From a virus, in the IMG/VR virus record IMGVR_UViG_3300026097_001210, positions 13,010 through 77,009 of that record: DNA of 64,000 nucleotides; one strand, 5' to 3'. The stretch's first letter is position 1. Every line of letters begins with the position of its first letter. Below, piece after piece: positions 51,343 to 59,928 of this stretch. The notes under the pieces were generated by a model, which saw only the letters and a list, made by a program, of their open reading frames with translations, had not been told where the DNA came from and ran no database searches. The position numbers were made by a program, and so were the translations under genes.

Positions 51343-51762
51343 ATGGTAAGTACAATGCTGGATTTATTTAAAGATCCATTTTTTATCGGTATTGATCGAG
51401 AACTGGATCGATTCCGCCACACATCCGAGGTAGCTGCAAAGCAGTCCTACCCACCCTATGATCTCATTCAACTAAACGAAGATCATTATAAACTGACACT
51501 GGCTGTTGCTGGATTCTGCAAAGAAGACATTGAGATTACCGTTAAAGACGGATATCTCATTGTTACTGGCGATCAGTGTTTGCCAGAAAAAGATACAACC
51601 TATTTGCACAAGGGTATCGCCACAAGAAAGTTTACAAGAACTTTTGCTCTTGGCGAATACATGGAAGTGTGTTGTGCAGAAATGGAAAACGGTCTTCTTA
51701 ATGTGGAAGTAAAGAGAGAGGTTCCAGAAGAGAAGAAGCCAAAACAAATTACAATTAAATAG
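51343..51762 (+). CDS. hsp20: Small heat-shock protein (Hsp20/IbpA-like)
   Basis: YPPYD...LAVAGF...YLHKGIA.RKF.RTF.L...ENGLL. Confidence 0.92.
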   Translation: MVSTMLDLFKDPFFIGIDRELDRFRHTSEVAAKQSYPPYDLIQLNEDHYKLTLAVAGFCKEDIEITVKDGYLIVTGDQCLPEKDTTYLHKGIATRKFTRTFALGEYMEVCCAEMENGLLNVEVKREVPEEKKPKQITIK

Positions 51763-51776
51763 TATATAATATAAAT

Positions 51777-51849
51777 GGTCCCTGTAGGACCTTGGGATGG
51801 ACTAGTTACCTATACCGCGGCCTTCGTGCCTGAATTTCCTGCAGGGGCC
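51777..51849 (+). ncRNA. Candidate structured ncRNA
   Basis: 13-bp closing stem GGTCCCTGTAGGA/TCCTGCAGGGGCC; TATAAT 6 nt upstream; T-rich tail. Confidence 0.55.
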
Positions 51850-51877
51850 TTTATATTTTTTATGATAGAATGTTTGT

Positions 51878-53251
51878 ATGCCTTATCATGTTGGAGAAAA
51901 GGGATCATACGGTTGCTCTGGCTACCCAGTTATTAAAGATGGCACTAGCGAAGTCATGGGATGTCACGATACAGAGGCGGCTGCCCGTAATCAAATTACA
52001 GCAATTAACATGAGCGAATCGGAAAGCTCTAAGAAAAAGCTTTCTTCTGGAATGGATGGGCCTGTGCCAGCATCTAACAAGGACTCAGTTCTTTTTCCAC
52101 CTGTAAGAAGGAGATCTGCAGGACGGGGCGGGTATTCAAATGCTCTAGGCTCAGTGGGCACAACTAATGGTGGCACAAGTATGGGCACAAAGTCTGACTA
52201 TAATAATAATACTGGCGCATGGTCTAATCCAAGACCAATCCCAGAAACTTCTGCTTTTCAAGATGAAGTAGAAACAAGAAATAATATTAGTAGAGAAATT
52301 GGTAAAGAGCATATGGAAATTAAAGAAGGCGACTTCGTAATGGGGGAAACCTCGGAAGGCATTGTGCATGGTCGTGTTGAGCACATTATGTGGGAGGGCG
52401 GTATCCTGGGATCTCCAGAAGGAGAGTATTCTATTGAGTCTATGCCCCCAGAAAACCCAGCAATGTCAGTTAGAATCTATGAAGAAGAAGACGAGGGCTA
52501 TTGGGAAGAAACCGCTTACAGCATCGGCATGATGTATCAAGATGCACAAGTGCTAGAAGATCTTCAGGGACACACCATGCCAGAAATGCCAGAGGGCGGA
52601 AACCCAAATATGGAAGATGTTTACGCTATGGCTAAAGCAGAAACCTATACTCCCAACGATGGGATGAAGGCCGCCGCTCGTCGTGCTATTAAGTGGAAAG
52701 AAGACGGAAAAGCTAAAGGCGCTGGCACAGCAGTTGGCTGGGGTAGAGCAAGAGACATTGTAGCAGGAAGATCAATGTCTCTCAGCGTAGTTAAAAGAAT
52801 GTATTCTTTTTTCTCTCGACACGAGGTAGACAAGAAAGCCAAGGGGTTTCGTTCAGGTGAAGAGGGTTACCCATCCAAGGGTCGCGTAATGTGGGACGCT
52901 TGGGGAGGGGACGCAGGATTTAGCTGGTCTCGTAAAATTGCACAAAGAAATGAGGACAAGGCATTGTTTGCAGAATTTGGTAAAGATGTTACAAAAGCAG
53001 AAAAGCTAACAGAGGTATTTAAGGCAGAAAGTGTTCGAGTTGGTCAGATGGTATCTTGGAATTCATCTGGCGGTACTGCAAGGGGTAAAGTAAAAAGAGT
53101 TATTCGTAGCGGATCATACGATGTTCCAGGTACAGACATTACAATTAATGCTACCGAAGAAGATCCCGCTGTCGTAATTACACTTTACCGCGATGGAGAT
53201 GCTACAGATACCGTTGTAGCTCACCGCATGAGCACCCTCAGAGCCTCTTAG
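51878..53251 (+). CDS. Multi-domain putative head-associated protein
   Basis: 'GM..AARRA...GT.VG..RA...KRMYSFFSRH...WGGDAG..W' domain seen in phage head modules; two Tudor/SH3-like segments. Confidence 0.5.
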   Translation: MPYHVGEKGSYGCSGYPVIKDGTSEVMGCHDTEAAARNQITAINMSESESSKKKLSSGMDGPVPASNKDSVLFPPVRRRSAGRGGYSNALGSVGTTNGGTSMGTKSDYNNNTGAWSNPRPIPETSAFQDEVETRNNISREIGKEHMEIKEGDFVMGETSEGIVHGRVEHIMWEGGILGSPEGEYSIESMPPENPAMSVRIYEEEDEGYWEETAYSIGMMYQDAQVLEDLQGHTMPEMPEGGNPNMEDVYAMAKAETYTPNDGMKAAARRAIKWKEDGKAKGAGTAVGWGRARDIVAGRSMSLSVVKRMYSFFSRHEVDKKAKGFRSGEEGYPSKGRVMWDAWGGDAGFSWSRKIAQRNEDKALFAEFGKDVTKAEKLTEVFKAESVRVGQMVSWNSSGGTARGKVKRVIRSGSYDVPGTDITINATEEDPAVVITLYRDGDATDTVVAHRMSTLRAS

Positions 53252-53289
53252 AGCTTGTATGAGGATTCTAGGTATACTAGACCATGCCT

Positions 53290-53439
53290 TCAATTGGTGT
53301 TTTGTTCTATTAGCCTTTTGAGTTCTTCAACATATTTATCATAGTCTATTTCTATAATCATGTCTTTTCCAATAGTGTGTATTTTTATTTCTTTTCCTAT
53401 TTGAAATAGTATATTTCTAATTGATTCTTCTATGCTCAT
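53290..53439 (-). CDS. Small hypothetical protein (49 aa, not in the ORF track)
   Basis: MSIEESIRNILFQIGKEIKIH...; ATGA overlap with the GT25 stop. Confidence 0.55.
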   Translation of the reverse strand: MSIEESIRNILFQIGKEIKIHTIGKDMIIEIDYDKYVEELKRLIEQNTN

Positions 53440-54071
53440 CCAAAAGCTCTTTCTGGACCAAAGTTTTTTAGGGCAGAAAGATTTATTTTGGTAAACTTTT
53501 CATGTCTACCCTTTTGAAAAAAGGTGGGGGAGTCAGAAGCATAAATATTAAAATACTTCATAGTTTGAGCCCTAGCTTTATCTTGATTGGTTTTTATTGT
53601 AATATTAAAATCAATGGCTTTTATTAGAAAATCAACATACTCTTTATTTAAATAAAGTATTGCGTGTGCTGCAAGCATGTTGTGAATTTTGTAAATGTCT
53701 TTGTCAAAGTGAGATTTGGACACTTGCAGAGATCCTCTGCTTCCATAAAGACCCCAAGCAGAATTTCCAAGATAGTATGCGTCAGCATCATTTGGTATTT
53801 CAATGGTGCTTTTAAATGATGCAATGTCTACATCATCTTCTAAAATTAACACTGGAAAATCTTTATCTGCAATGTTTTCTAAAATTTTTTTGTGGGACTT
53901 TGCAACACCGTTTCTTTTAGGCTCTTCCAAAACACCCGAGAACCTGTTAATATTTTTAAATCCAAGTTGTTTTAGCAAAAGCTCTAAGCTTTGAGCCTTT
54001 TCTTTATCTTTATCTAAGTTAATATAATAAACTGGAATCTCAAGCAAATTTAAAGTAAAAGTGTTATTCAT
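53436..54071 (-). CDS. Glycosyltransferase family 25-like protein
   Basis: YYINLD, SH..IL, LILEDD; start 54071 lies 7 nt after TGC-TAGAAT. Confidence 0.75.
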   Translation of the reverse strand: MNNTFTLNLLEIPVYYINLDKDKEKAQSLELLLKQLGFKNINRFSGVLEEPKRNGVAKSHKKILENIADKDFPVLILEDDVDIASFKSTIEIPNDADAYYLGNSAWGLYGSRGSLQVSKSHFDKDIYKIHNMLAAHAILYLNKEYVDFLIKAIDFNITIKTNQDKARAQTMKYFNIYASDSPTFFQKGRHEKFTKINLSALKNFGPERAFG

Positions 54072-54112
54072 ATATATAATTCTAGCAGAACGCATGATAA
54101 AATAGTATATGT

Positions 54113-54838
54113 ATGAAAACAACGGTCGTATTGCTCACTTGGCAAAGATTAAATACTCTTCGCAGAACTCTATCAGCTTTAAGCAGTCAAACCTATAAAA
54201 ATTTTGATGTAGTTATTAGTAACGCTAATTTGGAAAAGGTTGATTTGGTAGAGAGACAGGCAAATGTTTTTTCTAATAGGCTAAGAATTACCGTAAGACA
54301 CGATGGCAACGAAGAGTATGCTTTTAGAAGAATGACCGTAGGCAGAGACCTCGCAAACTCGGGCACAGATTTAGTTATTTTTATTGATGACGATGTTACA
54401 TTTAGCTTTAGCTATATTCAAAACTGTATTAATCAGTATGAGCCAAAAACATATCAGTCATATTTTGCATGGAGATTTTATAATAATGGCGCAGATTATT
54501 ATAAATTTCGAAACAGGGTATATGACAATACCAAAAGAATTCATTATTGTGGAACAGGCGTAGGAATGATTGATGCTTCGATATTTTTAGAAGAGGGGCT
54601 ATTTAAAAAACCAAAAGAAGCCTTATTGGTTGAAGATCTTTGGCTATCTTATTATGCCCAGCACGTTTTAGGCTGGAATCTTAAATTTATGAACCAGCCA
54701 GGAACAGTTATTAGGGGCGGAGATTCTGCCGCTCTTTACAAAAAAATTATTTTAGATAAAAAGAATCAGCAGATCGGTTACGATAAGGCAGATTTGTTAA
54801 GACTTCTAATTAAAAAATATAAATGGAAGCTGTATTAA
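54113..54838 (+). CDS. Glycosyltransferase family 2-like protein
   Basis: L.ALSSQTY..FDVVI, FIDDD, EDLWLS. Confidence 0.8.
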   Translation: MKTTVVLLTWQRLNTLRRTLSALSSQTYKNFDVVISNANLEKVDLVERQANVFSNRLRITVRHDGNEEYAFRRMTVGRDLANSGTDLVIFIDDDVTFSFSYIQNCINQYEPKTYQSYFAWRFYNNGADYYKFRNRVYDNTKRIHYCGTGVGMIDASIFLEEGLFKKPKEALLVEDLWLSYYAQHVLGWNLKFMNQPGTVIRGGDSAALYKKIILDKKNQQIGYDKADLLRLLIKKYKWKLY

Positions 54839-55449
54839 AGTTTAATTGCTTTAGCGAATACTACCCTAGATGCCATCTTAGATGCGCTGATGATAGCAAT
54901 TGGTGCTGAAATACTTAAGATGATACCAGCCCACATTCTTGGTTCTACCCAGTTCCATTCCCAATAGTCAAAGGTATGGAATCCGTTAGCAAGAACTGCA
55001 AGCCCACCAAAGGAAACCATTCCCATAATGGCACCCCAAGTTTTTTCTTGCTTTCCATCTTCGTCAACTCTAGAGGCCAAAACAAGGTAGGCAATTAAGA
55101 ACAAGAGATACATTAATTCAATAAAGAAAAAGAATAGTCCAGACATCCACGGCTGAGATAGGCCAACAAAAAAGGCTACAGATGTGATGCCATTAAAAGA
55201 AACAATGGCTGATGCAATAAAGGCAATTCCAATTCCAATAATCCAAGACCAAAGAACAATGCGCTGGTCAATTTGCACCTTTGGTGCTCTTAAAGATTCT
55301 TGCTTTTCATAGTTCTGCAATTTTCTTGCTTGCTCAGCATTTTTTGCTGTTTCGACGCTGTCTACCACAACTGCTTCTTGTTCTTCCATTGAATTTTCAG
55401 TCCTAACTGTTTGCCACAATGTGCGGGGGTAAGTTTCATATTTAGACAT
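54835..55449 (-). CDS. Four-TM membrane protein
   Basis: Four hydrophobic helices; GGAGG RBS. Confidence 0.6.
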   Translation of the reverse strand: MSKYETYPRTLWQTVRTENSMEEQEAVVVDSVETAKNAEQARKLQNYEKQESLRAPKVQIDQRIVLWSWIIGIGIAFIASAIVSFNGITSVAFFVGLSQPWMSGLFFFFIELMYLLFLIAYLVLASRVDEDGKQEKTWGAIMGMVSFGGLAVLANGFHTFDYWEWNWVEPRMWAGIILSISAPIAIISASKMASRVVFAKAIKL

Positions 55450-55473
55450 AATAAACCTCCACTTAATTATACA

Positions 55474-55761
55474 CTAGGAAGGTTGAGTTCGCAACCAAGT
55501 GCGATATCTGTGACAGTTTGCGCAAACGACTTCGCATTTTTTAATTTCTTCTTTAATTGTTTTTATGCTTACTGAAGAGTTTGCATATCTTGAAAGATTA
55601 TGTTTTTTCTTTCCATCCACGTGATCAAAGTCCATTTGGCTGTAGTGATATTTTTCTCCACAGTCTGCACAGGAGTGTTTTTCTTTTATTTGTCGTATAT
55701 ATTCTTTGTTGCGATCTCTTGCCTCACGCTTCCGTGCGGCTTCTGTGCTTGAGCGTGCCAA
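55474..55761 (-). CDS. HNH endonuclease
   Basis: CADCG...DFDH...CANCH; paralog of 41852..42259. Confidence 0.8.
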   Translation of the reverse strand: MARSSTEAARKREARDRNKEYIRQIKEKHSCADCGEKYHYSQMDFDHVDGKKKHNLSRYANSSVSIKTIKEEIKKCEVVCANCHRYRTWLRTQPS

Positions 55762-55827
55762 ATTAAATTATCTCCTGTGTCTAGTACGGCTAAAAACCAA
55801 CAGCCACAAGACTATTATACAGGATTG

Positions 55828-56562
55828 TTAGGCTGTTGGGCGTTTAACCACATATCCCCTTCGCACATCCGAAAGATAGCCGCTTGCGCTATATTGATTC
55901 ATATCTTCGTGCAGGTTTCCCTTCCACTCCCCTTCTGGCGCAACCTCGTCGTTCCAAACAGGAATGATGATGGTTCCATCGGGGTATTCGTCAAAAGGAT
56001 CGTTGCCCAATCTTAGATGAATTTCAATTACATATGGACCACGCATCTCAATATTAAAATAAGCAACATATGGATCATCTAAAAAGTCTAGTTGAATTGG
56101 TAATTCAGTAACCCTTGGTGCAAAGTGATTCTCTATTCTTTCCCAACTTTTAAACCTTGTAAGATTTTCTTCAGAATGGTGCATGCCTTTCCAGACGGAC
56201 CTGGCTTCCCAAGATCCGTCAGAGTATTGCTGATAGTCAATTGACAAATGATCACCCTCAATCCATTGACACCAAAAGTTTCCAGGAGGGACTATTCCAT
56301 TGTTAATCATTTGATCGTGCATTTCTTGAGACTCATCGTAATAAAATTTTGTAGCACCAAGACCCATTCCATACAAATTGTAAATAGGACGATAAAGATA
56401 ATATCCTTCATAAACTGGTGCTGTGGCTGCTGGCCCACAATGCAATCCTTGCATAGTGGCAACCTCTAATTTATTAAATGTCCAACGATAAAGACTTCTT
56501 CCAAAAGCTTCCCAAGCATGAAAATCTTCTTCAATAAAGTTTTTAAGTGGTGACTTCGTCAA
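55828..56562 (-). CDS. ATP-grasp-like protein
   Basis: RP.YNL.GMG.G, QWIEG.H.S.D, FNIE....VIEIHLRLG; TTG 56562 preferred. Confidence 0.55.
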   Translation of the reverse strand: MTKSPLKNFIEEDFHAWEAFGRSLYRWTFNKLEVATMQGLHCGPAATAPVYEGYYLYRPIYNLYGMGLGATKFYYDESQEMHDQMINNGIVPPGNFWCQWIEGDHLSIDYQQYSDGSWEARSVWKGMHHSEENLTRFKSWERIENHFAPRVTELPIQLDFLDDPYVAYFNIEMRGPYVIEIHLRLGNDPFDEYPDGTIIIPVWNDEVAPEGEWKGNLHEDMNQYSASGYLSDVRRGYVVKRPTA

Positions 56563-56767
56563 TTTCTTTGCCTTTCGATGTTTGTAAAAAATCATGCCAA
56601 GCAATCCAAGCATAGATTGCGCTTTCCGCATATTCAATATCAGATTCTTCAGCGGTTTCAAAAGACCAGTCTCCAGCCCGATAAACCTGATTAACAGATT
56701 TATCCTCTAGCTGCCACTCTCTTTCTAGTGAAACATCAGGAACTTTTGTAGGATCATATTTAAACAT
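56543..56767 (-). CDS. Hypothetical protein
   Basis: ORF with G-rich RBS. Confidence 0.55.
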   Translation of the reverse strand: MFKYDPTKVPDVSLEREWQLEDKSVNQVYRAGDWSFETAEESDIEYAESAIYAWIAWHDFLQTSKGKEIDEVTT

Positions 56768-56799
56768 TTTCCCCCCCTTAACTATGTAGCAATACCAGT

Positions 56800-56964
56800 T
56801 TAGTGGTCTATGCCAGAATAGTCAAGTGGGCCTGTGTCTTCATCTTTATAATCTACATAGGCTTTAGAATAGCCACAGTAGTTGCAGTATTCAAAGATGT
56901 GAAAGAAGGACTGTTTTTCTTCAATAGCTATAGAAATTTTTGCATCGCAGGTGGGGCAATTCAA
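56800..56964 (-). CDS. Small zinc-ribbon protein (54 aa, not in the ORF track)
   Basis: MNCPTC...CNYCGY; TTGA overlap with the upstream ORF. Confidence 0.55.
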   Translation of the reverse strand: MNCPTCDAKISIAIEEKQSFFHIFEYCNYCGYSKAYVDYKDEDTGPLDYSGIDH

Positions 56965-57152
56965 AGCAGCCTACCTGGTTCATAAAAGGCTTCTGTATAG
57001 CCACAACTTTTGCAGTTTTTAAAAAACATATTGCGATCATTATATTTTGTAGATATATATTGAAAGTTGTGCATTTTTAAACAGCCATTTTTAAAAAGGT
57101 TTATCCAATCTAAAAACATGAAATATTTATAAATTATTTTGTTTATCATCAA
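56961..57152 (-). CDS. Small Cys-containing protein
   Basis: C..H...CKSCGY. Confidence 0.45.
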   Translation of the reverse strand: MMINKIIYKYFMFLDWINLFKNGCLKMHNFQYISTKYNDRNMFFKNCKSCGYTEAFYEPGRLL

Positions 57153-57157
57153 GAAGA

Positions 57158-57310
57158 TTATTCCTCTTCTTCTTTAATATATTTTAAATATCCACCGCCC
57201 CGATAGTGGTCGGGGCCCACATCAAGAAAAGATCTTCTGCATTTGCAGGTATCTGGTACTCCGTTTTTAGATTCTATAATATCTTTACACCAAAGGCATT
57301 GAGCTTTCAT
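57158..57310 (-). CDS. Small Cys-rich protein (50 aa, not in the ORF track)
   Basis: MKAQCLWCKDIIES...CKC; TGA-TATAAT 6 nt upstream. Confidence 0.6.
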   Translation of the reverse strand: MKAQCLWCKDIIESKNGVPDTCKCRRSFLDVGPDHYRGGGYLKYIKEEEE

Positions 57311-57327
57311 AAAGAAATTATATCATT

Positions 57328-57654
57328 TTAATTGGAAGACTTTACCCATTTTGTTATTGTTTGTACAGGCACTCCCAAGCTTTTAGCTAATTCTTTTTTG
57401 TCATACCCAAGAGAAATAGCTCTAATGGCTCTCCATCGACATTCTTGCTCAAGATTTTCATAAGCTTCTTTGGCACTGTGGTATTCTTTACCAACCTTTT
57501 GTAGGCTATCCATTGTAAGCTCCTTGAGCCTAACCTCTTCCCAACTTTTTTCTTTTTCAGCAAGAAACTCGGGGGTAATCTCATCAAAAGACTTAATAGG
57601 TTTATCTTTGACACTAATAGGTTTTCTAACTGGCATACGCTTTCCTTTCGTCAA
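57328..57654 (-). CDS. HTH DNA-binding protein
   Basis: C-terminal 'KKELAKSLGVPVQTITKWV'. Confidence 0.7.
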   Translation of the reverse strand: MTKGKRMPVRKPISVKDKPIKSFDEITPEFLAEKEKSWEEVRLKELTMDSLQKVGKEYHSAKEAYENLEQECRWRAIRAISLGYDKKELAKSLGVPVQTITKWVKSSN

Positions 57655-57662
57655 TAAATATA

Positions 57663-57726
57663 ATTATCTCATTGTAATCTTTTTGTGTCAAGTCGTATTG
57701 ACACCAGTCTTTGCTTTGTGTACAAT
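57663..57726. promoter_or_regulatory. Back-to-back divergent SigA promoters
   Basis: Minus: TTGACA(57691-86)-17-GATAAT; plus: TTGACA(57698-703)-17-TACAAT. Confidence 0.75.
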
Positions 57727-57732
57727 ATATAT

Positions 57733-58029
57733 ATGGGTATGAAGAAGATTAAGAACGAAATTGAACGCTATGCCGATAAGGCTTATCACGAGGGGTACAT
57801 GTGGGGGTTCAAGGATGGCTCTGAAACCGAGGCATCCAAAGGCCAAGCATTTGAAGAAGGCGTTCGAGCTGAACGTCAACGGATTATCGGAATGTTTGAG
57901 ATGATGAGTAAGCAAGAGCTTGAGGTGGGCTCAGCAACAAAGTCAAAACAGTGGCACGATGCGGCGGGTATGGTAAAGCTTGCCGATCATCTAGAAAACT
58001 CAGATAATTTCGTTGAAGAAGAATTTTAA
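57733..58029 (+). CDS. Hypothetical protein
   Basis: ATG 6 nt after TACAAT. Confidence 0.55.
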   Translation: MGMKKIKNEIERYADKAYHEGYMWGFKDGSETEASKGQAFEEGVRAERQRIIGMFEMMSKQELEVGSATKSKQWHDAAGMVKLADHLENSDNFVEEEF

Positions 58030-58044
58030 ATAGGAGAAATAAAA

Positions 58045-58287
58045 ATGGCAACAATGGACGAAGAGTTTGAAGAGCCAGAGCCTCTTCTTGGAAGTATGCA
58101 AGAAGGAGAAGAGTGGATTGCCAGATTAGAGGCAGACAAAATTAAGCTACTTGCTGACATTCAAATGGGCAATGTTAGTGATGTCGGTATGAGCATGTTG
58201 CATTATGGCTTAGAAAAAACCGAAGAGGCTATAGAACAAATTAAACTAGAAATGATTTTATTAATGGGGGACGACTCTGGTGAGTAG
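58045..58287 (+). CDS. Acidic hypothetical protein
   Basis: AGGAG RBS. Confidence 0.55.
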   Translation: MATMDEEFEEPEPLLGSMQEGEEWIARLEADKIKLLADIQMGNVSDVGMSMLHYGLEKTEEAIEQIKLEMILLMGDDSGE

Positions 58288-58474
58288 TGAACTTACTTAT
58301 TTTGCATCAGACGGTAGTTATGGCGATGCCGAGGGCATCTCCGTCATCGACACCTCTGATTGGACTGAAACAGACTGGTCTCACGTAACAGTGGAGTCCG
58401 ATCATAATCGTGTTTTTATTGCTAGAATGATTGCTTTCACAAAAGAGTTGGATAGGCGAAATGCTAAAAAATGA
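58280..58474 (+). CDS. Hypothetical protein
   Basis: YFA.DG.YGDA motif; overlaps the upstream gene. Confidence 0.55.
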   Translation: MSSELTYFASDGSYGDAEGISVIDTSDWTETDWSHVTVESDHNRVFIARMIAFTKELDRRNAKK

Positions 58475-58586
58475 ATGTCCCCAATGTGGCAACACTAAGA
58501 TTTTTGGTCGTATGGGCGAATGGTGGTGCGGTAACACAGACTGTGCCGTAAAGTGGAGAAATGATGAATTCAAAAGTACGAACTGA
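58461..58586 (+). CDS. Small zinc-ribbon protein (41 aa, not in the ORF track)
   Basis: CPQCG...WWCGNTDC. Confidence 0.5.
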   Translation: MLKNECPQCGNTKIFGRMGEWWCGNTDCAVKWRNDEFKSTN

Positions 58587-58752
58587 CAAATATTGGACTG
58601 TTGGTAAGATAGTGTTTCATTTTATTCACTATCTACCCCAGCCTTGGAGCCCAAGCTATTACGGCTGGAATCTGTGGTACTTTAAGCGTTGGACTTTAGA
58701 TATTTATTTTAAGAAACATGTATTTGTTTTTACCTGGGAAAAGGTGAACTAA
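58561..58752 (+). CDS. Hypothetical aromatic-rich protein
   Basis: GGAG RBS. Confidence 0.45.
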   Translation: MMNSKVRTDKYWTVGKIVFHFIHYLPQPWSPSYYGWNLWYFKRWTLDIYFKKHVFVFTWEKVN

Positions 58753-58967
58753 TGAGTCATAGTGCTAATTATACTGATAGAGGGCCTACTACTGTTTTTT
58801 ACCAGGGCCGAAATTCGGGTATCAAAGAAGAACGTGAACGTATTATTGAACTTCTCGAATATGAGGCATCAGAGTGGCTATCTCATCATGGCACTTGTGA
58901 TTGCAAGGCAAGAGGAGAAGAAGTTCTGAGGCTTATTTCAAAAATTGAGGATAGCGATCAGCTATAG
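58752..58967 (+). CDS. Hypothetical protein
   Basis: G..EERERII motif shared with 57733..58029 and 49782..50009. Confidence 0.5.
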   Translation: MSHSANYTDRGPTTVFYQGRNSGIKEERERIIELLEYEASEWLSHHGTCDCKARGEEVLRLISKIEDSDQL

Positions 58968-58972
58968 ATATT

Positions 58973-59059
58973 ATGGATGACGAAGAATGGATGACCGAAG
59001 AGGAGTTCTTGGAGCTTTTAGAAAGTTGGGATGAGGAAGATGAGCATACCAGTAACTGA
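58973..59059 (+). CDS. Very acidic micro-protein (28 aa, not in the ORF track)
   Basis: MDDEEWMTEEEFLELLESWDEEDEHTSN fills the gap between genes. Confidence 0.4.
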   Translation: MDDEEWMTEEEFLELLESWDEEDEHTSN

Positions 59060-59333
59060 ATTTACTTGGCCTCTTGATGATAATATGGATTGTGAGCTGT
59101 GTGGCTTTACCTGGAACGAGGTGGGCCTTGAATGCTGGGATGAGGAAGAAAATATCTGGCAGTTGTATATCCGTGTGGGATGTTACGAAGGGGATAGCGC
59201 AATGTCTAACGATCCTGAATGGGAAACTAAGTCTGCTGATATTATTGAACAAGCATTAATGTATTCTAGATTTAATGAAGAAGAGGCAAATCATTTAAAA
59301 GATAAGATTAAATGGATTAAGGAAAGATCGTGA
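59031..59333 (+). CDS. Hypothetical protein
   Basis: ORF. Confidence 0.55.
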   Translation: MRKMSIPVTEFTWPLDDNMDCELCGFTWNEVGLECWDEEENIWQLYIRVGCYEGDSAMSNDPEWETKSADIIEQALMYSRFNEEEANHLKDKIKWIKERS

Positions 59334-59683
59334 CTTGGCAAGAAGAGCTAAATAGAAAAAGAGTTAAGGATAAAGCCTGGTATGGTTGTATCGCTCCTGA
59401 TGGCTGGAAAGATATTGTTCTTAAAGCAGACGAGATGCTTGCTCACATAGATCCTGACTACCAGATTTTTCAAATCAAGGAGAAATTCGGTACGCTTAGA
59501 TATTACTTCGGCAGCAATCACGATTTTGACAGTGTTGAGTATGATATCATGAGGGCTATCGAAGTCTGGGCAGAACAGCGTTCGCAGTGGACATGTAAAT
59601 CCTGCGGTAAGTTTGGAGAGCTAAGAACTGATAGGTATTGGATTGTAACGCTGTGCGATACATGTAACGAGGAAAGAACATGA
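59330..59683 (+). CDS. Conserved phage protein (QIKEKFG.LR.Y + Zn ribbon)
   Basis: GW....QIKEKFGTLRYY...C..CG...TLC..C. Confidence 0.65.
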   Translation: MTWQEELNRKRVKDKAWYGCIAPDGWKDIVLKADEMLAHIDPDYQIFQIKEKFGTLRYYFGSNHDFDSVEYDIMRAIEVWAEQRSQWTCKSCGKFGELRTDRYWIVTLCDTCNEERT

Positions 59684-59928
59684 GCTACGCTAGATTTGGG
59701 TGGGATGGATCAGATGTCTATGTGTATATGAGTGTAAGTGGATTTTTGGAATGTTGTGGCTGTTTGCTTGTGCCATTGGAGGATGAGTTCGATGCCCCAG
59801 TATTTTATGGTCGTAGCACACAAGAGATGGTAGATCATTTAAAAAGACATGAGGCCGAGGGCGATACTGTGCCTCAAGATATTTATGAAAGTTTGTGGGA
59901 AGATGATAAGGAGAATTTCGGTGGATAG
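59680..59928 (+). CDS. Hypothetical protein
   Basis: MSYARF...SDVYVY...CCGC. Confidence 0.6.
   Translation: MSYARFGWDGSDVYVYMSVSGFLECCGCLLVPLEDEFDAPVFYGRSTQEMVDHLKRHEAEGDTVPQDIYESLWEDDKENFGG

Noticed and set aside
51777-51849. tRNA or named riboswitch/ribozyme identity for the structured RNA
   Set aside because: No T-loop or anticodon geometry, and I could not match a known consensus by eye
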